Below are positions 18,091 through 26,797 of a stretch of 55,651 bases of DNA, in pieces. The DNA is from an uncultured Gammaproteobacteria bacterium. Its GTDB lineage: Bacteria; Patescibacteriota; Patescibacteriia; UBA1558; GWA2-36-10. How positions within the stretch are numbered: the stretch's first letter is position 1; each line of letters begins with the position of its first letter. The stretch covers positions 1-55,651 of the forward strand of contig CAZEWH010000005.1 in assembly GCA_964515785.1 (NCBI GenBank), in the 5' to 3' direction. The position numbers and the translations under genes were made by a program. The notes beneath the pieces were generated by a model. It saw only the letters and a program-made list of their open reading frames with translations, was not told where the DNA came from and did no database searches.

Positions 18091-18828
18091 ATGTGGATTT
18101 TAATTGGAATCATTTTATTTATCATCTTGATTTCTATTCGTCAGGTCAATCAATACGAACGTGGCGTCAAATTTATGCTTGGTAAATACATCAATACCAA
18201 GGGACCGGGTTGGCGTTTGGTTTTTCCTATTATCCAATCTATGACCAAGGTAGATATCCGAGTCAAGGCAGTTGATGTGCCTGACCAAGATGCTATTACC
18301 AAAGACAATGTGACTGTCAATGTCAACGCTGTACTTTATTACAAAGTAGTGGCAGTTGACAAAGCAGTCTTGGAAGTTGAACATTTTTATTATGCTGTCT
18401 CTCAACTAGCTCAGACTACTATGCGTGATGTAGTCGGTGAAGTTAGTTTGGATGATTTATTGAGCAAGCGTGATCAGATTTCTGACAGGATTCAACAAAT
18501 TGTTGATAAGGCTACTGATCCTTGGGGTATCAAAGTTGTTTCAGTTGACCTCAAGCATATTGAATTACCAAAAGATATGCAAAGGACTATTGCCAAACAA
18601 GCTGAAGCAGAACGTGAAAAACGAGCGGTCATCATCAAAGCAGAAGGTGAAGTCATTGCCGCTGACAATATGGCTAAAGCAGCCAATACTTTGGCAGGCT
18701 CTACTGGTGCTTTGCATTTGAGGACTTTGCAATCAGTCAATGATTTATCTTCTGATCAGTCAAACACTGTAATCTTTGCTTTGCCGCTGGAGATTTTACG
18801 TGCTTTTGAAGGCATGGCCAAAAAATAA
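18091..18828 (+). CDS. SPFH/Band 7 (stomatin-like) membrane protein
   Basis: N-terminal TM, then VNQYERGVKFMLGKY, AVDVPDQDAITKDNV, LAQTTMRDVVG, AEAEREKRAVIIKAEGE. Confidence 0.85.
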   Translation: MWILIGIILFIILISIRQVNQYERGVKFMLGKYINTKGPGWRLVFPIIQSMTKVDIRVKAVDVPDQDAITKDNVTVNVNAVLYYKVVAVDKAVLEVEHFYYAVSQLAQTTMRDVVGEVSLDDLLSKRDQISDRIQQIVDKATDPWGIKVVSVDLKHIELPKDMQRTIAKQAEAEREKRAVIIKAEGEVIAADNMAKAANTLAGSTGALHLRTLQSVNDLSSDQSNTVIFALPLEILRAFEGMAKK

Positions 18829-18847
18829 AAATATTAAAAATAAAATT

Positions 18848-20173
18848 ATGAATTTTTTTAAAAATCAAGCAGGGATTACAGATGTAATTGTTATTATTAT
18901 TATATTTGGTATATTGGGATCTATATTTATAACTGGAGTTTTTGTATGGAAGGAAATTGATAATAATCAAAGTTTGGTCAATTTGTTAGCAAGTGTCAAT
19001 CAACCGGTAAGCGATGAAGTTGAAGAAGACATACAAGAAACTTTAGCTATTTTTCCTGGTGACTATATTTTATCGGATGACAAAATTCCGGATTATTTCA
19101 CCTTGGTTTTAGAAGACAGAGCAAACTGGACTTCTGATTTATTAGAGAGTGCAAATCAAAAAAATGACTTGGATAATTTTTATGCAGGTATAATTTTTGA
19201 TAATGTTGATAGTTATTGGAGTGATACATACATAGATGATCAGGAAAAAATTCGTATAGATATGTTTAAATATTTTGATTATGATAAATTAAAAGAAGAT
19301 GCAAGTGCATTAATTAGGCAAGAAAAGAGATTTACAGACGAGAAAAACATAGCATTTCGTTATTATAGAAATACAGACAATGTATTAATGGTTGTTACTA
19401 GTGACAAGTTAGATTCAGAATCTATTGAATATTTTGCCGCGGCTGCTTATCTATATAATGATAATCTGGGTTTTATCAGATCTGATAGTAATATTGTTAG
19501 ATATACAGAAGGGGTAGATACTTATAGCCATTATGGAGAAAAATTACTCTTGTCTGGAGTAAAAACAGATTTTGTTGCCCATAAATTTGAAGAACAAGGC
19601 TATATATTATTTGTTGATGACGAAGGAATTCTAAAGACAATAGATATGGAAGAGCCTTATACTCAAAGTATTTTGGCTGAAAATGTCGAGATGAGTGAGT
19701 GTCAAGATACTGATGGATTATATCTTTGTGAAATAAGAGCAGATGGTCCGGGGTATCTTATTAGAATATTGCTTTTGGATCCCGAAACAAAAGAATTTGT
19801 TTATGTTCGGGATGGGTCTAAAGGTTTTTATGCTGGGGCAACAAGAATGTTTAGCAGCTCTTTTTCAGACGACATGTTTTATGCTTATTTTGAAGGAGGT
19901 TGTAATGATGGGAGCTGTATTGGCGTAGAAAATTTAGTTACTATAGACGCATCTATCAATAATGCCAATTATAATAAAGAACAATACTTGGCTGATGTAG
20001 ATGGTGTAAGGACACTATTTGAATGTCGTTTTGATTATGATCCTATCAGCAAAGGATATGGTTCAGAAGATATTGATGTAGAAAATTTCCCTCCAGATAG
20101 ATTGGATTGTTACTCAGACGGTGAATTGCTTGGATATATTGATCTTATAAATAGTGAATTTGTCTTAGAATAA
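18848..20173 (+). CDS. Membrane-anchored hypothetical protein
   Basis: The ATG at 18848 gives MNFFKNQAGITDVIVIIIIFGILGSIFITGVFVW (TM anchor). The longer ORF-track start at 18776 overlaps the SPFH gene. No recognisable domain. Confidence 0.5.
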   Translation: MNFFKNQAGITDVIVIIIIFGILGSIFITGVFVWKEIDNNQSLVNLLASVNQPVSDEVEEDIQETLAIFPGDYILSDDKIPDYFTLVLEDRANWTSDLLESANQKNDLDNFYAGIIFDNVDSYWSDTYIDDQEKIRIDMFKYFDYDKLKEDASALIRQEKRFTDEKNIAFRYYRNTDNVLMVVTSDKLDSESIEYFAAAAYLYNDNLGFIRSDSNIVRYTEGVDTYSHYGEKLLLSGVKTDFVAHKFEEQGYILFVDDEGILKTIDMEEPYTQSILAENVEMSECQDTDGLYLCEIRADGPGYLIRILLLDPETKEFVYVRDGSKGFYAGATRMFSSSFSDDMFYAYFEGGCNDGSCIGVENLVTIDASINNANYNKEQYLADVDGVRTLFECRFDYDPISKGYGSEDIDVENFPPDRLDCYSDGELLGYIDLINSEFVLE

Positions 20174-20180
20174 TATTTTA

Positions 20181-20960
20181 ATGATAGGAATTTTTGACTC
20201 AGGTTTTGGCGGGCTGATAATTTTTAAAGAAATTGAGCAGGCTCTGCCAGATTATGATTATATTTATTTAGGTGACAACGCTCGGGCTCCCTACGGGGAC
20301 AAAAGCCAGAGCGTTGTTTATGATTATACAAAGCAAGCTGTAGATTATTTATTTGCTCAAGGCTGTCAACTTATTATTTTGGCTTGCAATACAGCTTCAG
20401 CTGAAGCTTTGCGTAAAATCCAGCAAAACTATGAAAGCGTTTTAGGGGTAGTCAGGCCCTTGGCAGAAGAAGCTAGTCAAAAAACTAGCAACAAAAAAAT
20501 TGCAGTTTTAGGTACGACTAGTACTATAGACTCTGGAGCTTATATCCGTGAATTACAAAATCAAGATCAAGATATTGAAGTTATACAACAAGCCTGTCCT
20601 TTGTTAGTGCCTTTAATAGAACATGATCAAGAGCAAGATTTGATGACAGAAGATATTGTAGAGCATTATATCAAAGCACTCAAACAACAAAACCCAGATA
20701 CAGTCATATTGGGTTGTACTCATTATGGATGTTTACAAGATTTGATTCAAAAAAAATTTGGCAAAGATATTTTAGTTTTAGATAGCGGGCAGATAATTGC
20801 CAAAAAATTATCTGAGTATTTGCAAAAACACAAAAATTTAGTAAAATTAAGCGACCAGCCAAAAATAATTTTTTTGACAACAGGTGATAATAAAAAATTT
20901 GATAAAGCAGCTGAGAAATTTCTTGGCCAAGCAATAAAATCTAAACAAATTAATCTATAA
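20181..20960 (+). CDS. murI: Glutamate racemase
   Basis: IGIFDSGFGGL, ILACNTASA and LGCTHY catalytic Cys motifs. Confidence 0.9.
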   Translation: MIGIFDSGFGGLIIFKEIEQALPDYDYIYLGDNARAPYGDKSQSVVYDYTKQAVDYLFAQGCQLIILACNTASAEALRKIQQNYESVLGVVRPLAEEASQKTSNKKIAVLGTTSTIDSGAYIRELQNQDQDIEVIQQACPLLVPLIEHDQEQDLMTEDIVEHYIKALKQQNPDTVILGCTHYGCLQDLIQKKFGKDILVLDSGQIIAKKLSEYLQKHKNLVKLSDQPKIIFLTTGDNKKFDKAAEKFLGQAIKSKQINL

Positions 20961-20964
20961 ATAT

Positions 20965-21885
20965 ATGAAAAATAAAGTTACAATCATTGGGGCCGGAATG
21001 GTCGGCTCTACTTTAGCATATAGTCTAGTCACTCAAGACATTGCTGAAGAAATTGCTTTGATTGATATCAACAAAAAATTGGTCAAAGCCCAAGTTATGG
21101 ATTTGCAACATGCCGTACCTTTTACTAGACAGACAAAAGTAAAAGTTGGTAGCTATCAAGATTGTAAAAATAGTTCAGTTGTAGCTATTACTTGTGGTGC
21201 TTCTCAAAAACCAGGCGAAACCCGCCTTGATCTCATAGAAAAAAATACCAAAATCATCAAAGAGATTATTCCTCAGATTTTCAAAGTCAATCCTCATGCT
21301 ATTATCTTGATGATTACCAATCCAGTAGATGTTTTGACTTATATTGCTATTTCTATGTTTCCCAAAAAAGCTCATCAGATTATGGGTACTGGTACCACTC
21401 TTGACTCTGCTCGTTTTCGGCATTTGATTAGTCAAAAACTTAATATTAATCCTCAGAGTATCCATGCTTATATCATGGGTGAACATGGTGATAGTGAATT
21501 TCCTGTTTGGAGTTCTGCTAGTATTGGAAATACCAAATTAAGTACTTATAAGAGTTTTAGTAAAAAAGATAGACAAGATATTTTTAATCAAGCCAAAAAT
21601 GCTGCTTATGCTATTATTGAAGGTAAGCAAGCTACATATTATGGTATTGGTTCTGCTGGAGCTTATGTTATTCAAGCTATTTTGCATGACAAGCGAATGG
21701 TCTTGCCGGTCTCGCATTTGATAAAAAATATCTACGGAGTAAAAGATGTTTGTCTGAGCACTCCAGCCGTAATAGGTCGTAGTGGTATTATTGGAGAATT
21801 ATCTTTGGAATTATCTAAACAAGAACAAGCTTTATTTATAAAATCTGCCAAAGTAATCCAAAAAGCTATTGCTTCTGTAAATTGA
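20965..21885 (+). CDS. ldh: L-lactate dehydrogenase
   Basis: IIGAGMVGS Rossmann motif, GASQKPGETRLDL (Gln rather than Arg indicates LDH, not MDH), ITNPVD, GEHGDSEFPVWS. Confidence 0.85.
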   Translation: MKNKVTIIGAGMVGSTLAYSLVTQDIAEEIALIDINKKLVKAQVMDLQHAVPFTRQTKVKVGSYQDCKNSSVVAITCGASQKPGETRLDLIEKNTKIIKEIIPQIFKVNPHAIILMITNPVDVLTYIAISMFPKKAHQIMGTGTTLDSARFRHLISQKLNINPQSIHAYIMGEHGDSEFPVWSSASIGNTKLSTYKSFSKKDRQDIFNQAKNAAYAIIEGKQATYYGIGSAGAYVIQAILHDKRMVLPVSHLIKNIYGVKDVCLSTPAVIGRSGIIGELSLELSKQEQALFIKSAKVIQKAIASVN

Positions 21886-21918
21886 CAAATATACTAGTAT
21901 CTAGTAGTTTTAGATATT

Positions 21919-22860
21919 ATGAAGTATTTAGTGACAGGTTGTGCTGGGTTTATTGGTAGTAATCTTACAGTAAAATTATTAGATGCTGGTCATCAAGTTA
22001 TCGGCATTGATAATTTTAATGATTATTATGATCCAGCTATCAAACAGAGAAATATCTTAGCTTTCAAAGATCATGATAATTTTAAGCTATACAAAATAGA
22101 TATTCTTGAATTTGATAAATTAAAACAAATTTTTGCTAGTGAAAAAATTGACAAAATTATTCATCTAGCAGCTCGAGCAGGAGTACGAGCTTCTATCGAG
22201 CAACCCTTGCTCTACAATCAAGTCAATAATCAAGGTACTGCCAATTTATTGGAATTGGCTAGAGAATATAATATTCAAAATTTTATTTTTGCCTCTTCAT
22301 CTTCAGTTTATGGTGAGCGTGATGATGTGCCTTTTAGAGAAAGTGATGAAATCAAGCCAATCAGTCCTTATGCAACTACCAAAAAGTACGGAGAATTATT
22401 AGGTTATACTTATAATCATCTTTATAAAATTCCTTTTACTGCTTTGCGTTTTTTTACTGTCTATGGTCCCAAAGGTCGTCCAGATATGGCGCCTTACAAA
22501 TTTATGAAAGCTATTGTAGAAGATCAGATCATCTATGTCTATGGCCGTGGTGACCATTTGCGTGATTTTACTTTTATAGATGATATAATTAATGGCATTA
22601 TAAAAGCAGCTGACAAAAATTTGGATTATGAAATTATTAACCTCGGCAATTCTAATCCAACTGTACTAATGGATTTTATTCAAACTTGGAGTAATGTAAT
22701 CGGTAAGAGAGTTAGGATTCAGCATCAAGCAGAGCAGCTTGGCGATGTGTCCAAGACTTATGCTGATACTAGCAAGGCTAAAGAGCTGCTTGATTGGCAA
22801 GCTCAGACTGATCTCAAAACCGGCCTAACAAAGATGTATGAATATTTCAAAAATTTATAA
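21919..22860 (+). CDS. NAD-dependent epimerase/dehydratase (UDP-sugar 4-epimerase family)
   Basis: VTGCAGFIGSNL, SSSSVYG, YATTKK (YxxxK), RFFTVYGPKGRPDMA. Confidence 0.85.
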   Translation: MKYLVTGCAGFIGSNLTVKLLDAGHQVIGIDNFNDYYDPAIKQRNILAFKDHDNFKLYKIDILEFDKLKQIFASEKIDKIIHLAARAGVRASIEQPLLYNQVNNQGTANLLELAREYNIQNFIFASSSSVYGERDDVPFRESDEIKPISPYATTKKYGELLGYTYNHLYKIPFTALRFFTVYGPKGRPDMAPYKFMKAIVEDQIIYVYGRGDHLRDFTFIDDIINGIIKAADKNLDYEIINLGNSNPTVLMDFIQTWSNVIGKRVRIQHQAEQLGDVSKTYADTSKAKELLDWQAQTDLKTGLTKMYEYFKNL

Positions 22861-22865
22861 ATTTT

Positions 22866-22897
22866 AAAACCCCAAAGTCTAAGACTTTGGGGTTTTT
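22866..22897. terminator. Bidirectional terminator overlapping the 3' end of the minus-strand membrane gene
   Basis: aaaaccccaaagtct-aag-actttggggttttt. The right arm also encodes the KKPKTPKS C-terminus of the 22879 gene. Confidence 0.6.
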
Positions 22898-23190
22898 GGT
22901 TTCTTGAAACCAAGAACGTAAAGAAGAGCGTAGAGGAGTGAAAAGCCGGCAAAAAAGCATGCGCTCATCAACAGGCTTTGGAGGAAGTCGTGGATGATTA
23001 TTAGCCAGGCTAATCCATAGCCAATGGTCAAGTATGACCCTAGGCGATAAGGCTTGAGAAAGCCAAAACAGAAGCCAGCTAATGCTGAAAGATAAATAAA
23101 GGCAAGTAGATAGTAAACTGTCAAATAGATGCCAGCTGTAATCAAGCCAATAATTACCCCCCAGAACATTGTTGAGAAAAACAGTTTCAT
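22879..23190 (-). CDS. Small polytopic membrane protein (GC-richer gene)
   Basis: The ATG at 23190 is preceded by ggagataatc. The product MKLFFSTMFWGVIIGLITAGIYL... has 3-4 TM helices. The overlapping 135-aa ORF in another frame is rejected. Confidence 0.55.
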   Translation of the reverse strand: MKLFFSTMFWGVIIGLITAGIYLTVYYLLAFIYLSALAGFCFGFLKPYRLGSYLTIGYGLAWLIIIHDFLQSLLMSACFFAGFSLLYALLYVLGFKKPKTPKS

Positions 23191-23292
23191 GATTATCTCC
23201 TTCACTAAAATGAACCGTCAATTTCAGATTACTATCTAAAAATTTTATTGTCAATCCATTCGACTTCGCTCAGGACATTTAAAATAATCGGC

Positions 23293-24288
23293 TTAGAAGC
23301 CGATTATTTTTTTGATATCTTGTAGATTTTGCGTTGCTATTTTCTGTGCTTTTTTATTGCCTTGGTTTATAATCTTGTCTACTTGTTTAGGATTTTTTTG
23401 ATAATAATCTATTTTTTCTTGAACAGGCTCTAAAAATTTCAAGATTACTTTAGTAAGCTCTTTCTTAAGATCAGAATTCATTAGTTTGCCTGCTTTGGCA
23501 TCTTTGGCCATAGACATATATTTTGCTTTACTACCAAAGTACGAATATAGTGTCAGTAAATTTTGCACGCCTTTGTCGTCTGTAATAGCTTTTTGAATTT
23601 TTTGTTTGACAGTTGATGCATTATCACGGATAGCAATATAGCTTTTGACACCTAGTGATTTACTCATTTTTTTGTCTGGATCATTGAGGGACATTAGTCG
23701 TGGAGTCTGTGAAAGTATAGGTGATATTTCTATAAAATATTTGCCATAGCGATTATTAAATTTACGAGCTGCCATTCTAGTTAATTCTAGATGTTGGAGT
23801 TGGTCTTCACCTACTGGTACCACTTCAGCCTTGTAGAGCAAAATATCGGCTGCTTGTAGTGCCGGATAAGTCAGTAAGCCGGCATTGACATTGCTTGGCT
23901 GACGGATGGACATGTCTTTGAATTGAGTCATGCGCTCCAGTTCTGCCACTGGCATCAGACAATCAAAAATCCAGCCCAAGTCAGTATGACCGACGATATC
24001 TGATTGTTTGAACAAGACAGATTTTTTGGGGTCTATACCTAGAGCCAACAAATCAATAATAACTTCGCGAGTTTGTTTGTTTAATTCTTCGCGAGAAATT
24101 TTGACAGTCAAAGCATGAAGATCAGCAATAAAATAAAAGCACTGGTATTTGTCTTGCAGTTTGACCCAGTTTTTGATTGCTCCTAGATAATTGCCTAGAT
24201 GCAATTGTCCAGTAGGTTTGATACCTGAAACTAAAGTTTTTCCGCCAGAGGCGGACCCGCCTCTGGCGGGCATATTTTTACTTTTCAT
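23293..24288 (-). CDS. trpS: Tryptophan--tRNA ligase
   Basis: SGIKPTGQLHLGNYLGA (HIGH-type) and KMSKS motifs. An alternative start lies at 24273. Codons 7-16 are encoded by a 28-nt GC palindrome. Confidence 0.9.
   Translation of the reverse strand: MKSKNMPARGGSASGGKTLVSGIKPTGQLHLGNYLGAIKNWVKLQDKYQCFYFIADLHALTVKISREELNKQTREVIIDLLALGIDPKKSVLFKQSDIVGHTDLGWIFDCLMPVAELERMTQFKDMSIRQPSNVNAGLLTYPALQAADILLYKAEVVPVGEDQLQHLELTRMAARKFNNRYGKYFIEISPILSQTPRLMSLNDPDKKMSKSLGVKSYIAIRDNASTVKQKIQKAITDDKGVQNLLTLYSYFGSKAKYMSMAKDAKAGKLMNSDLKKELTKVILKFLEPVQEKIDYYQKNPKQVDKIINQGNKKAQKIATQNLQDIKKIIGF
24242..24269. repeat. Near-perfect 28-nt GC-rich palindrome inside the trpS 5' coding region
   Basis: ccgccagaggcgg-ac-ccgcctctggcgg: 13-nt arms at 24242-24254 and 24257-24269. 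Confidence 0.85.
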
Positions 24289-24370
24289 GATCTAATTCTA
24301 ACTAAATTTAGTTATATGGTCAATATAAATAAAAAACCCCAATTAATGTATAGTGGGGTTTTTATAATTA

Positions 24371-24769
24371 CTAGCTACGATCTAAGTTGATTTCTTGATT
24401 AGTGAAGGGTCTGGGGTTGGGTTTTGTGTATAGACTCCCAGCAAGTTTCAAACCGATTAGAGCACCTACAGCAGACCAAAATATGATGTACACTACACTG
24501 AAATCAGGTATCACGACAATAAAGCTGACAGTAAATCCTGAGAACATGCCCAGGGAGAACATTTTGCTAAGTAAGAAATTTTGTTTAGCAAATCCTCCCT
24601 TGAAAAGAACTGGTAAGATCAAAGCAGGAAATAATGAAAACATACCTACAGCTAAGCTCATTAAGTAGATATTTCCATTGTTGTTTATGAAGTCAAGGGC
24701 AAAAAAATATCCCAGAATAAGACTAAAAATCAATGAACTGATTAGAGAAATCCAGGCTCTTTTTTTCAC
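24371..24769 (-). CDS. Hypothetical polytopic membrane protein
   Basis: A 132-aa ORF with four hydrophobic helices. The antisense ORF 24402..24668 is rejected. Confidence 0.5.
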   Translation of the reverse strand: MKKRAWISLISSLIFSLILGYFFALDFINNNGNIYLMSLAVGMFSLFPALILPVLFKGGFAKQNFLLSKMFSLGMFSGFTVSFIVVIPDFSVVYIIFWSAVGALIGLKLAGSLYTKPNPRPFTNQEINLDRS

Positions 24770-24835
24770 AATACTCTCCTTGAGTTTATACTGCGTAATG
24801 AACGATTGTTGGTTAATAATAACCTATCAAAAAAT

Positions 24836-24863
24836 ACCCGTCGGGTCAAATGACCCGACGGGT
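24836..24863. terminator. Hairpin terminator after RNase J (CCCGNCGGGTC palindrome family)
   Basis: acccgtcgggtc-aaat-gacccgacgggt is flanked by A/T runs on both sides. It belongs to the same family as 30641-30672. Confidence 0.65.
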
Positions 24864-24879
24864 GTTTTAAAAAATAAAA

Positions 24880-26778
24880 TTATACTTCAATCACTACAGG
24901 TAAAATCATTGGACGACGTTTTGTCTTGGAAAAGACAAATTGTCCTAGATCATTACGCAGAGTATCTTTGATATAAGTATCGTTGACTTGTGCATTAGTT
25001 TTGTTGTGATCATTGATAATATTTTTTGATTTAGTACGGATAGCTTCTACCAAATTTTTGTTTTCTTTCATATAGATAAAGCCACGAGAGATAATATCAG
25101 GCGAATGAATCAAACGGCCAGTTTTACCAGAAATGGTAGTAATGATTACAATCATGCCATCACCGGCCATCATTTTTCTATCACGTAAGACAATGTTAGA
25201 AACATCACCAACTCCTAGGCCATCGACAAAAACATATTCTGAAGGAGCCTTTTGTTTGAGAATTTTAGCCACACCACGATTATCAAATTCTATAATCTGA
25301 CCATTGTCGGGTACGATAACATTATGTTTTTTCATACCAGCACGTTCTGCAACTTTGGCATGAATTTTCAAAAAAGAATGATTACCATAGACTGGAATAT
25401 GATATTTCGGTTTGACCATTTTGATCATATCAAATAAATCTTCCTGCTTTGCATGGCCACCAGCATGGACGTCCATCATTTTATAATGAATGACTTCTGC
25501 TCCAAGACGATAAAGATTGTCTTTGAGGCGTTGGACAGAACGTTCGTTGCCAGGGATGACGGAAGATGAAAAGACGATAGTATCACCTTTTTCTACTTTG
25601 AGAGTGCGGTGTTCACGATTGGCAATTCTCATCATGACAGCATTGTCTTCACCTTGAGCACCAGTACAAAGAATCACAATTTTGTTATCAGGAAATTGTT
25701 TCATGTTTTTGTTGGTAATGATAGTGCCTTTTTTGACTTTCATGTAGCCCAAGTTTTGAGCTAGTTCTACATTGCGCTTCATACCAAAACCCTCAATCAG
25801 GATTTTTTTATTTATTTTTTCAGCGGCCCAGATGATCTGTTGCAGACGGCCTATCAAAGAAGCAAAGGTGCCGACAATCACACGTCCCTTAGCATCTTTA
25901 AGGATTTGATCAATATTACCTTGGATTTCAAATTCTTTGAGCTGATGACCTTCTTGAGTGGCATTGGTACTATCAGCCATCAAAGCTATGACGTTTTGTT
26001 TGCCTAGGGCTTTGATTTTATCAATCTCAGTAGGAATATCACCTGAACGGGTAGTATCAAGTTTAAAGTCTCCAGTATGGACGACTTTACCACTAGGAGT
26101 ATCAATGACTACACCAAGTGAACCAGGAATATTGTGACTAACAGCAAAAAAGTTTAATTTAAATTTACCCAAAGTTAATTTGGTATCAGAAGTAATTGAT
26201 TTTAATTTTAAGGGTTTGGTTTTAAAATCTTCTTGGCGTTTGGCAATAATACCTAGAGTCAGAGGAGTGCCATAGATAGTTGGATTACTCAAAGGTTCCA
26301 TCAAGTGAGGGACAGCTCCGATATGGTCATAATGACCATGAGTAATGACTACACCACGAATGTTTTTTTCTTTACCTTTTAGATAAGAAATATTAGGAAT
26401 AATATAATCAATACCTGGCATGTCCTCTTCTGGCCATTGTAGACCCATATCAACAATCACAATATCATTGCCGTATTCAAAAACAGTCATATTACGACCA
26501 ACTTCTTCGCAACCGCCAATTGGTATAACACGCAATTTTTGTGGACCAGTAGCTGGTATCAATTTTTTGCCAGCTGATTTTTTACTAAGAGGGCGAGTTG
26601 TCTTAGTATGTTTTTTGACCGGTCTAGGTTTTTTTACTTGCTTAATAGGCCTGCTTTTTTTAGCAGTAGATTTTTTAGCTGGTTTAGTTTTTTGTTTAGA
26701 TTTAGTTTTAGGTTTAAAACGATAAGTTTTTCTCGTGGCAGCATTATCTGACAAGAGTTTATCAGTCGAATCTTTCAT
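24880..26778 (-). CDS. rnj: Ribonuclease J with a Lys-rich N-terminal extension
   Basis: Metallo-beta-lactamase HGHYDHIG and a beta-CASP region. About 85 N-terminal residues are K/P/T-rich (KPKTKSKQKTKPAKKSTAKKSRPIKQVKKPRPVKK). Confidence 0.9.
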   Translation of the reverse strand: MKDSTDKLLSDNAATRKTYRFKPKTKSKQKTKPAKKSTAKKSRPIKQVKKPRPVKKHTKTTRPLSKKSAGKKLIPATGPQKLRVIPIGGCEEVGRNMTVFEYGNDIVIVDMGLQWPEEDMPGIDYIIPNISYLKGKEKNIRGVVITHGHYDHIGAVPHLMEPLSNPTIYGTPLTLGIIAKRQEDFKTKPLKLKSITSDTKLTLGKFKLNFFAVSHNIPGSLGVVIDTPSGKVVHTGDFKLDTTRSGDIPTEIDKIKALGKQNVIALMADSTNATQEGHQLKEFEIQGNIDQILKDAKGRVIVGTFASLIGRLQQIIWAAEKINKKILIEGFGMKRNVELAQNLGYMKVKKGTIITNKNMKQFPDNKIVILCTGAQGEDNAVMMRIANREHRTLKVEKGDTIVFSSSVIPGNERSVQRLKDNLYRLGAEVIHYKMMDVHAGGHAKQEDLFDMIKMVKPKYHIPVYGNHSFLKIHAKVAERAGMKKHNVIVPDNGQIIEFDNRGVAKILKQKAPSEYVFVDGLGVGDVSNIVLRDRKMMAGDGMIVIITTISGKTGRLIHSPDIISRGFIYMKENKNLVEAIRTKSKNIINDHNKTNAQVNDTYIKDTLRNDLGQFVFSKTKRRPMILPVVIEV

Positions 26779-26797
26779 AAAATTTGTTTTTTAAAAA

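Noticed and set aside
22847-23254. A 135-aa minus-strand ORF overlapping the 22879..23190 membrane gene in another frame.
   Set aside because: It has no SD. The alternative frame gives a clean multi-TM protein with ggagataatc directly before its ATG.
24289-24370. A T-box or other riboswitch leader upstream of trpS.
   Set aside because: The region contains only the upstream gene's terminator and a promoter ending about 7 nt before the first ATG. There is no room for a T-box.
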